Below are positions 1 to 7,537 of a stretch of DNA of 42,150 nucleotides, in pieces. The notes under the pieces were generated by a model. It ran no database searches and was not told the origin of the DNA. It saw only the letters and a program-made list of their open reading frames with translations. Origin of the DNA: a virus (Duplodnaviria; Caudoviricetes); the IMG/VR virus record IMGVR_UViG_3300031519_000059, positions 1 to 42,150 of that record; one strand, given 5' to 3'. The position numbers and the translations under genes are program-made. Positions within the stretch are counted from its first letter, which is position 1; each line of letters begins with the position of its first letter.

Positions 1-1257
1 AATTACTTAACTGCAATAAGAAAAATACCCAAAACTATAGAGAATTTTGTTCCTGATTATGTTGGTTCTAGAAAATTACCTAAAAATACTTTTTTAACTA
101 GAGAATCTTTGATAAATACTAAAACAGGCAAAGTTTCTGCAAGAAAAGCACTAAATTTGAATCCTTATGCTAAAGTAATCATAGATAATACTTATAGAAG
201 CACAGAAACAGAGGATTGGTTCCAAGATTTATTCGGAACCGTTAGAGAAACAAAAGTTGTCCCTAGTTCTACTCTAAAAATTATGTTATATGATGATATT
301 GTTTCTGCCATTAGAGATAAAAAGTCAATAGTGAGAGATACAGTTAATTATAGCCCAAAATTCAATTTTAATGTTCAGCCTTTGATAGATTTAGAACTAT
401 CTTCCAATCCTGAGACCGCAAGAGACCAAATTAAGACAGAAATTGGCTCACAAAGAGATTTATCCACTGGAATTGATGAAACTTTAAAGTCTATGAAATT
501 AAATATGCTTTCGGATAAAAGCCTGTTTACTTATGCTGAATCTAAGAAAATTAAAGAGATATGGGCAAATGCAGAGGAAGATTTAGGTGATTTAGATATC
601 ACTTTAGTAGATTCTGATAATAATACCTTAACCGAAGAAGAAGAAAAAGCACTAGCAGCAACTGGCGGTATTTCTAGAAGCCTGTTTGCTAGAATAGAAA
701 TAGAAGATATGGAATATGATAGAAAGTCATTAGTTACATTCTTAGAAAGTGCGGAACAGGGTATTGATTTCCTAAGGGTGGGTCAAAGTATGTCTCAAAT
801 ATATGATATCGCTACAGGGGTTTCAGAAAAGCCATTTGTTAGTTACTTATTGAGCGTACCTTCGGAGGAACTAAATGACATAATCAATTCACCGCAAATA
901 GGCACGACTAATGCCGCAGAAAAATTAGACCCTATACGTTCCTTAGCATTCTTAAGCAAGGTCGGAAGTGCGATAGAAGGAAGTAATCAAGGCCTTGTTA
1001 AAGAAGCACTAAAGAAACTAGTTGCAGAAGAAGACGAGACAAAGAAGGAAGAGATAGCGACTAAACTCAACGAAGGAATGGTTGGTTTTATCGCTGATGT
1101 AAAGAAACTTTTAATTTCAGGATTTCAAACTGTATTAGACGACTTTGCTGAGAATTGGGCCACTAAGACATGGGGAAAAAGAAGGGGGAGAGTAATGGAT
1201 GCAATCAATCAATTTAAGGACACGAACCCACCCCTATTAACTGGAGGCGATGCTTGA
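1..1257 (+). CDS. 5'-truncated acidic, helical hypothetical protein (possible internal virion protein)
   Basis: Frame is open from base 1 through the ORF-track start at 109 to the stop at 1257; E/K-rich; no recognisable motif. Confidence 0.6.
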   Translation, partial: NYLTAIRKIPKTIENFVPDYVGSRKLPKNTFLTRESLINTKTGKVSARKALNLNPYAKVIIDNTYRSTETEDWFQDLFGTVRETKVVPSSTLKIMLYDDIVSAIRDKKSIVRDTVNYSPKFNFNVQPLIDLELSSNPETARDQIKTEIGSQRDLSTGIDETLKSMKLNMLSDKSLFTYAESKKIKEIWANAEEDLGDLDITLVDSDNNTLTEEEEKALAATGGISRSLFARIEIEDMEYDRKSLVTFLESAEQGIDFLRVGQSMSQIYDIATGVSEKPFVSYLLSVPSEELNDIINSPQIGTTNAAEKLDPIRSLAFLSKVGSAIEGSNQGLVKEALKKLVAEEDETKKEEIATKLNEGMVGFIADVKKLLISGFQTVLDDFAENWATKTWGKRRGRVMDAINQFKDTNPPLLTGGDA

Positions 1258-3749
1258 TGAGTGAAATAAATTTAGAACAAGAAGTAAAAAGACTCCTAGC
1301 AGCGACTCAAAGCGGTACTGTTCAAAGAAATAGAGGCATTACTGAAATAGCAAGAAAACTAGACCCCGAAGCAACAACAAAAGAAGATTTGAAAAAGGTC
1401 AAAGAGGTTGTTAGAGCAGTAATCAAAAATCAACAGGGCGAACAAGCCCCGACAAGTGAAGCAATAAAGGAATTGCTAAAATCTAAACCAGTTACTAGAA
1501 AAGGCAAACTATTAACTCCAGTTGATATACTTAAAACGAAGATTAGCGAAGATGCAGGTATTACATTCAAGAATGAAAGTTTTGTCGTTAATTCCCCATC
1601 TCTTCAAGATAAGATTAGAAACTATGCAGAGACTCTAGAAGAAGACGAGAAAAAGAATGTCTTAGAGAACTTCGATACTTTGGTTATAGCATACGATAGA
1701 ATACAAAGAAGTAAGACTAGAAAGGTGCGAATTAAAACTATTAAGATTGATATTGATAAGTATGTAGGAGCAAATGCTCTAAGCAAAGGTTCTATCCGAG
1801 AAGGTATCTATGAACATTGGGAAGATGCTAATTCTAAATACCCTGCATTCAAAACTGCTCTGGATAACTTGATTGAGGAATCATACAAAGTAGTTACTGG
1901 TATTAAAATGGGCGAAGAAGATTTGACTCCAAAAGTTAGCGGTATTGATGAAGGTGTAAAATTCATAGCCAAGATGAAAAAGATACAAGATGAGTATTCT
2001 GATAAGAACTTAGAATACATATACAACTTTACTAAAATGACTGCTAAGTATCAAGAAGACCCTGTTCATCGACTTCTTGATGCTTTGATTAGAATAGAAA
2101 GTGCAGAGAATCTTAATCAAAAAGCAAAGGGAAAAGCCCAAGACGATGAGGATGATGAAACCTCAGGTGATGAAGGTTGGGGTGCTAATTATCTAGGAGA
2201 GATAGAAGGAGCAATGGCTGGAGGTCGAGGAGGCGACATGGAAGATGGTAAAGAAGAGGACTCGGACAAGGAAGAATTAGACCGTATAAACCAAGTTCTT
2301 ACTAGAGCCGAAGGAAGCACAGATACAGACCCTCTACTGGCCTATGAGGTTCTAAAAGGAACCAAACTACTTGCTCTTGAAGAGAAGTCAGAACAAGTGC
2401 TAAGAGAAAGCATTGATATGATTCGAGAAGGAAAGGGCTATTTAGATTTTCAGACTTACATGGATAAACTGCTCGATGAATTAGAAGACTCTGTAACTTT
2501 AGACCGAGAAAGTTACTTGCTTCCTGCTTCTATGCTTAAAGATAAAGCATTCATTGATTTATTAGAAACGGACATTGAATCTGCTTCGGATGAAATTACT
2601 GAAAAGCCTAGTTCTAATTTGGCAGAAGAAATAGCAAATGATTTAGATGAACTCTTTAGTGATTTACATGAAGCATTTACGGATAAAAGATTTGGTTTTG
2701 AAAGTGCGGTTAGAACAACTACTTCTAGGTCGAGAACCAAAACCACAACGCAGAGAGAGGCAGATAAAAGAAGACAAAAACGAAGCCCTAGAATAGAGAC
2801 TATTATCTCTGAGTCTCAAAGAATGCGGCCAAAGAATCCCTCTACTAGAGGTAAAATAAAAGAAGAACTAAAACCACTAGAAAATGTATTCAAGGAGTTC
2901 TTCAAGGCTTTTAATGAATACTATGTCAATCCTCTGTATGTCGGTAAGACCCCTATTACTATGCCCGACTTTACAAACAATGCTGGCTATAAAGCGTTAA
3001 ATGTTTTTGCTAAGGATATGGGTATTGATACTGTATTAGGAAGTGCCTTTGAGCAATTAGCAAGCGAAGGTCGAGGAACAATTAAATCAGATACTTTGAG
3101 AAGAATCAATGAGTTTTTAGAAACTCTTGCCCAGCCTAAAGTAGAGGTTAGTGATGCAATGAGATTGAATGCTATAGCCGCATCCCAAGCATTGAGTGAA
3201 ATATTCGGTAATGATGAAGATAATTATGATTACTTTGCGGCAGTATTGAAACACTATATGGAACTAACTAGTGATTTTGAAATGCTAAACTCTAAGATGA
3301 GAGGCACTACAATTGATGAAAGAGCGAAAAGATTTGAGCAGAATCAGTCTGGTACTAGAAAAGCATACAGTATCTTTGCTCTGCCTCAATACTTAGAAAT
3401 GAATCAAGGACTATTAACTAGAAAGGATTCGATAAAGAAGAACTACAGAAAACTCATCTCTTTATTGAAGAGTGTAGAAAGTGATTTGCCTGTTATCCTA
3501 AAGAGACTGCTAGAGGCTCACGATGCAATTAGAAAACAATTAGGTAAGGATGTCTCTTATGGCTTCCTTCTCCCTGATTTCGAGTCCTATGATAAGGTTG
3601 TTACTAAAATGGAAACAAGTCAGCAAATTGATTTGAGCCATCTAGAAGTAGAAAACATTGTTAAGGCAGTAGACTCTCACAATAACATATCAAAGGAATA
3701 TGGTATTACCGAAGAACAAGTGTATCTGATTAAATCAAGTTTTAGATGA
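1254..3749 (+). CDS. Large acidic alpha-helical hypothetical protein, 831 aa (possible internal head protein)
   Basis: Long ORF overlapping the upstream stop; GGAGG upstream; D/E/G-rich linker; hydrophobic-hydrophobic-K-[SAT] motifs (ELLKS, DILKT, IVKA, LIKS). Confidence 0.7.
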   Translation: MMSEINLEQEVKRLLAATQSGTVQRNRGITEIARKLDPEATTKEDLKKVKEVVRAVIKNQQGEQAPTSEAIKELLKSKPVTRKGKLLTPVDILKTKISEDAGITFKNESFVVNSPSLQDKIRNYAETLEEDEKKNVLENFDTLVIAYDRIQRSKTRKVRIKTIKIDIDKYVGANALSKGSIREGIYEHWEDANSKYPAFKTALDNLIEESYKVVTGIKMGEEDLTPKVSGIDEGVKFIAKMKKIQDEYSDKNLEYIYNFTKMTAKYQEDPVHRLLDALIRIESAENLNQKAKGKAQDDEDDETSGDEGWGANYLGEIEGAMAGGRGGDMEDGKEEDSDKEELDRINQVLTRAEGSTDTDPLLAYEVLKGTKLLALEEKSEQVLRESIDMIREGKGYLDFQTYMDKLLDELEDSVTLDRESYLLPASMLKDKAFIDLLETDIESASDEITEKPSSNLAEEIANDLDELFSDLHEAFTDKRFGFESAVRTTTSRSRTKTTTQREADKRRQKRSPRIETIISESQRMRPKNPSTRGKIKEELKPLENVFKEFFKAFNEYYVNPLYVGKTPITMPDFTNNAGYKALNVFAKDMGIDTVLGSAFEQLASEGRGTIKSDTLRRINEFLETLAQPKVEVSDAMRLNAIAASQALSEIFGNDEDNYDYFAAVLKHYMELTSDFEMLNSKMRGTTIDERAKRFEQNQSGTRKAYSIFALPQYLEMNQGLLTRKDSIKKNYRKLISLLKSVESDLPVILKRLLEAHDAIRKQLGKDVSYGFLLPDFESYDKVVTKMETSQQIDLSHLEVENIVKAVDSHNNISKEYGITEEQVYLIKSSFR

Positions 3750-3758
3750 GGTGTTTTT

Positions 3759-4007
3759 TTGAAAAGAGTTGAACCTAGAGCCTTGCGAAGTATGCAAGAG
3801 AATCCTTCTGTAATAGCACAAGAACTAAGAAGGGATTTTAGCAAGGTTCCTTCTTTACATAAGGCTATAAATGAATTTGTTGTTATGTTAGAAGAGTATG
3901 CTCTAAGAGATAAATCTAGAGCAGGAAGATATAGAGAAATAGCCCAAAGACTAAGAAAAGTTGCTATAGATATTAAAGAAATGATAAAGGAATATGAGGG
4001 GAAGTAA
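3759..4007 (+). CDS. Small helical hypothetical protein
   Basis: GAGGTG RBS upstream of TTG start; stop overlaps next ATG. Confidence 0.65.
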   Translation: MKRVEPRALRSMQENPSVIAQELRRDFSKVPSLHKAINEFVVMLEEYALRDKSRAGRYREIAQRLRKVAIDIKEMIKEYEGK

Positions 4008-4516
4008 TGGAATTTAAAACCATGTCTACTCAGGAATTGAAGGCATTATGGCCTAAGCAATCTGATGAGCCTTTCCCTGCAAATCGTTCCTCAGACTCCC
4101 CTCTAAATCCTTTTTATCCTATTGATAATTATATTGTTTTATTAGATGGAGAAAATATTGTTGGGGGTATAGGATTTGGTAAAAAGGATAACTTTACTAT
4201 TAGGGGAGGGGCTTTTATTTCTCCTAAATATAGAAAACAGAACTTGTATAATTCAATTTCCGCAGAAGCAGATAAATTACCTACTCCCTTTATAGCGGGT
4301 TTTAGCAGCAGCATAGTTTCAAATAAGGAATGGATAGAATCTAACAAGAACAGGGGGTGGGATATTTCTCCCACCGATAAAGAATTAGGAGAGTATGCTG
4401 ATAACCCTACTGTAAAAGCATTCAAAGATTATTATGGCGACCATCCGAAAGGGGCTAAGTGGGCAGTTAAGGGATTGCCTTTATCTAAAATGTGGTGGAA
4501 GGTGATGCTAAGATGA
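4007..4516 (+). CDS. GNAT-family acetyltransferase-like protein
   Basis: beta-strands IVLLDGENIVGGIGF followed by motif-A-like FISPKYRKQNLY; C-terminal MWWKVMLR resembles the WxxILK tag. Confidence 0.6.
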   Translation: MEFKTMSTQELKALWPKQSDEPFPANRSSDSPLNPFYPIDNYIVLLDGENIVGGIGFGKKDNFTIRGGAFISPKYRKQNLYNSISAEADKLPTPFIAGFSSSIVSNKEWIESNKNRGWDISPTDKELGEYADNPTVKAFKDYYGDHPKGAKWAVKGLPLSKMWWKVMLR

Positions 4517-4767
4517 CTTGGCAAACTATTCTTAAAGGAAGATATGGTAAGATAAGAGATGCCATTGAAAATAAGTTAGTTGTGGATATTATTTCCATTG
4601 AGAGAAGAAGTGGTCATGATAGGATTCACTTAAGGAATCCTAAGACAGGAACAACTCGATTTGTAACTACATCTTCTTCTCCAAAGGTAAAGGGTAGATT
4701 TCATTTAATTGTTAGAGATGTTAGAAAGACTTTCAGGGATGCTGGCGAGGAACTTGATAAGCGGTGA
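4513..4767 (+). CDS. WxxILK-tagged small protein, possibly HicA-like (dsRBD-fold RNase)
   Basis: True start probably ATG 4513 after AGGTGA; MTWQTILK; ISIERRSGHDRIHLRNP...VTTSSSP resembles the HicA G-H pattern. Confidence 0.5.
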   Translation: MTWQTILKGRYGKIRDAIENKLVVDIISIERRSGHDRIHLRNPKTGTTRFVTTSSSPKVKGRFHLIVRDVRKTFRDAGEELDKR

Positions 4768-4771
4768 TATT

Positions 4772-4957
4772 ATGAATTGGCAAGATATTCTCAAGAAAGA
4801 AAAAACTTCAAGGCAAAAAGACCCTGCCTGTTATGATAAAGTTAAAGCAAAATATACTGAAGATGGCGGAACATGGCCTTCTGCGTATGGAAGTGGGGCT
4901 TTAGTCCAATGCCGAAAGGTTGGTGCTTCTAATTGGGGTAAAAAGAAAAAGAAGTGA
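4772..4957 (+). CDS. WxxILK-tagged small basic Cys-containing protein
   Basis: ATG 4772 after GGTGA; MNWQDILK; KDPACYDKVK...WPSAYGSGALVQCRK domain recalled from marine T4-like phages. Confidence 0.7.
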   Translation: MNWQDILKKEKTSRQKDPACYDKVKAKYTEDGGTWPSAYGSGALVQCRKVGASNWGKKKKK

Positions 4958-4962
4958 TTATT

Positions 4963-5202
4963 ATGTCTTGGAAAGAAATTCTCAAAGCCGAAGGCAATTT
5001 ACCCCAATGGTATAGAAAAAGGGCTAAAGGTGAAAAAGGAGAACCTGACGTAAAAGGTTGGGTTTCCTGTCAATCTTGTGAAGATGACAAAGCAGGGGTA
5101 AAACCTTGTGGTCGTAAAGATGCTTCTAAAGGAACTAAACAAAGATGTAGAGAAGATTGTGATGCTTGTAAAACGTATAAGAGACGGAAGGGAACTAAAT
5201 GA
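4963..5202 (+). CDS. WxxILK-tagged small basic Cys-rich (probable Zn-binding) protein
   Basis: ATG 4963 after AGTGA; MSWKEILK; WVSCQSC, KPCGR, CREDCDAC. Confidence 0.7.
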   Translation: MSWKEILKAEGNLPQWYRKRAKGEKGEPDVKGWVSCQSCEDDKAGVKPCGRKDASKGTKQRCREDCDACKTYKRRKGTK

Positions 5203-5221
5203 ATTATTTGGAGGTGGGAGC

Positions 5222-5527
5222 GTGAAATGGCAAAGCATTATTAAAACAAGAAATAGATTTAATAGCGTTTATTTTAAGGAAATTAAAGAAGAACTACTTA
5301 AGTTAGTAGAAGAAAGGCCAGTTGGTTCTGAAATTGAAATGTGGACGTTTAGAGAAGATTTGTTGAAGAATCTTAGAAAGCCCTCTAATGTAGAGAATAG
5401 AAAGTTTAATAGACATTTAACTAATTTTAAGCCACGAATCAATGGATGGCTACAAGGAGTAGGTGGTAATATAGTTGATAATTCTGGTCTAGTTCAAAAC
5501 TTTGGGAAAAAGAGGTTGAGAATATGA
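5222..5527 (+). CDS. WxxIIK-tagged hypothetical protein, paralog of the next gene
   Basis: GTG 5222 after GGAGGTGG; MKWQSIIK; RFNSVYFKEIKEELLKLV is shared with the next ORF. Confidence 0.7.
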   Translation: MKWQSIIKTRNRFNSVYFKEIKEELLKLVEERPVGSEIEMWTFREDLLKNLRKPSNVENRKFNRHLTNFKPRINGWLQGVGGNIVDNSGLVQNFGKKRLRI

Positions 5528-5841
5528 ATTGGGAAACTATTCTAAAGAAGCGCAGGTTTCAGAACGTATATTTTAAAGAAATAAAGGAAGCCCTGCTTAA
5601 AATAGTTAAGAATATGGAATCAGGAGCGAAGTTTGAAACTGCTACCTTAAAGGGTAAATTAGTGGAGGCTTTGAGAAAAGAAAGAACAGATGCCAATAAG
5701 GACTATAATAGGGGTTTAACTCGATTTAATACTGACAAAGCAGATGCATGGTTAAAGATGACTGGTTCTAGAATACTCCACGCATCAGGACTGTTAGATA
5801 CTACTACTAATCCAAGTTCTGTAATAAAGGTGAGACTATGA
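5524..5841 (+). CDS. WxxILK-tagged hypothetical protein, paralog of the previous gene
   Basis: MNWETILK; RFQNVYFKEIKEALLKIV; GAGGT RBS. Confidence 0.75.
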   Translation: MNWETILKKRRFQNVYFKEIKEALLKIVKNMESGAKFETATLKGKLVEALRKERTDANKDYNRGLTRFNTDKADAWLKMTGSRILHASGLLDTTTNPSSVIKVRL

Positions 5842-6116
5842 GTTGGGAAGAGATTCTTAAAAAGAAGCCATTCAAGGGCTACAGTAAAAAAACTAATTCT
5901 ACTAAAGGTGGGTTAAGTGCTAAAGGCAGAGCGCATTTCAAAAGAACGGAAGGTGCTAATTTAAAGCCACCAGTTACTGCAAAGAACCCATCTAAATCAG
6001 AAAAGAAAAGACGTGCTAATTTCTGTAGTCGCTCAAGAGGTTGGGGAAAAAAGAAGAATGGAAGATTAACATTTAGTCCTAGAGCAAGAGCCGCTAGAAA
6101 AAGATGGAAGTGCTGA
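5838..6116 (+). CDS. WxxILK-tagged basic protein (DUF6321-like domain of marine phages)
   Basis: MSWEEILK; GGLSAKGR...NLKPP...RRANFCSR...RWKC pattern; AGGTGA RBS. Confidence 0.7.
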   Translation: MSWEEILKKKPFKGYSKKTNSTKGGLSAKGRAHFKRTEGANLKPPVTAKNPSKSEKKRRANFCSRSRGWGKKKNGRLTFSPRARAARKRWKC

Positions 6117-6119
6117 TTC

Positions 6120-6776
6120 TTGTCTTGGAAAGATATTCTAAAAGTGGATGAGTTCTTCTTTTTACCTGAGCAACCAAAGGATAAAGGGGCATACAGTCCC
6201 GAGACCGACAAAGTACAGGTTAATCTTGCTGGATTTAATTTAGGTAATGAAGATAAAATAATAGAAGAGTTAGTTAGCACTATTACTCATGAGTATAGCC
6301 ATAAGGCAGCCCATCCAGAGGTTAAGCCATTACATGATAAACTAAAAAATGAAATGAGTAGGGGCATAGTCAATTATTTTTTTGATTTTGTAGAGAAGAA
6401 AGAAGAATTGAAAACACTTACTGTTCCAGCAATAAAAATTGCTAAACTAATTGCATATGAAGAAGCCTTTACCTACTCTACTGCAATGCGTCATCAAAAG
6501 AAACCAAACGTAAATGTGATTGGTTCAGCAATGGAATATACTTTAGAGACTATCAAAAGATTATTTGATAACCTATTGAAGGCATTTGAAGAAGAGGGGA
6601 ATGAAATAGTAGAAGAATTTGAAGAAATGATATCAAGTATCATGGGCAATATAGAAGGAACTATTATGAAGCCACTAAATGACATTGAGATGGAAGTAAG
6701 AAGATTTATTTCAAAAGGCAACAAACTGACTAGAAAAGAACACATGGATTATTTTATGGAGATGGTTGGTAAATGA
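6120..6776 (+). CDS. WxxILK-tagged zincin-like metallopeptidase
   Basis: MSWKDILK (TTG start); KGAYSP...VQVNL strands; TITHEYSH (HExxH) with a downstream YEEAF as candidate third ligand. Confidence 0.7.
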   Translation: MSWKDILKVDEFFFLPEQPKDKGAYSPETDKVQVNLAGFNLGNEDKIIEELVSTITHEYSHKAAHPEVKPLHDKLKNEMSRGIVNYFFDFVEKKEELKTLTVPAIKIAKLIAYEEAFTYSTAMRHQKKPNVNVIGSAMEYTLETIKRLFDNLLKAFEEEGNEIVEEFEEMISSIMGNIEGTIMKPLNDIEMEVRRFISKGNKLTRKEHMDYFMEMVGK

Positions 6777-7537
6777 CCGAAGAATTTAATCTAGAACACC
6801 GAATGGGTTGGCAAAATGTGTTGAAGAGAAAGATTGAAACATTGGCTGATTATACCAATGCTAGCCCTGAAGAGAGGCAAAACTATCATAGTGCAAAACA
6901 GGCCGTTTATCAAAGGCGTTTGATAGCATTAAGGAATTCGATAGCGAATGTTGGTGAAACTAGCCCTAACATTCCTTTAGAAGAAGACATGAGAGAATTG
7001 CAAGAAATCAGAAATTTTCATGGAAGACAACATACAAGACTTAAACGTAAAATTAACAAACCAGACTATTTTTCTCCAGAATTAGAAGAACAACGAAAAA
7101 AAGTTAAACTATCAACAACTCCTAGAGGTCTTAGAAATCTTCGCCCCTATTTAACATTAGAAGAATACCAAAAATTAGATGCGGGACAAAAAATAAAGTA
7201 TCATGCTGAGAAAGCAGACTATGGCAAGGGAGAAGTAACTGAAGATAAGGCATTTCACGGAAGAATGCTTTCTAGATTGAGAAACAAATCAAATTTACCC
7301 ACTTATCCTACTCCAGAGTTAGGCGGTGAAACTGCCTATGGTGTAACTTATACTAAAGAAGAATATGATAGTATGTCTAGAGAAGATAAAGGAAAATATC
7401 ATAGTAGGATGGCAACAAGATTTAGACGAGAAAATAATGTAGAATTGCTAAAATTTCACAAAAGAATGGATGGAAGAATTAGGAGGAATAGCAATCTACC
7501 TACATTTTATTCACCAGAACATCAGGAGGAACAATAA
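6773..7537 (+). CDS. Tagged protein with three internal repeats
   Basis: Internal MGWQNVLK at 6803; three units of Y..(L/M/A)....(K/R)..YH...FH.R...R(L/I)....P....PE. Confidence 0.75.
   Translation: MTEEFNLEHRMGWQNVLKRKIETLADYTNASPEERQNYHSAKQAVYQRRLIALRNSIANVGETSPNIPLEEDMRELQEIRNFHGRQHTRLKRKINKPDYFSPELEEQRKKVKLSTTPRGLRNLRPYLTLEEYQKLDAGQKIKYHAEKADYGKGEVTEDKAFHGRMLSRLRNKSNLPTYPTPELGGETAYGVTYTKEEYDSMSREDKGKYHSRMATRFRRENNVELLKFHKRMDGRIRRNSNLPTFYSPEHQEEQ

Noticed and set aside
4492-5221. ORF-track starts at 4492, 4709, 4954 and 5108
   Set aside because: Downstream starts at 4513, 4772, 4963 and 5222 have RBS-like motifs, avoid long overlaps and put the shared tag at the N-terminus
4513-6145. Spaced near-repeats as a possible CRISPR array or integron attC array
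   Set aside because: The repeats are protein-coding, vary at codon third positions and are separated by whole genes; no cas or integrase gene and no palindromic attC structure
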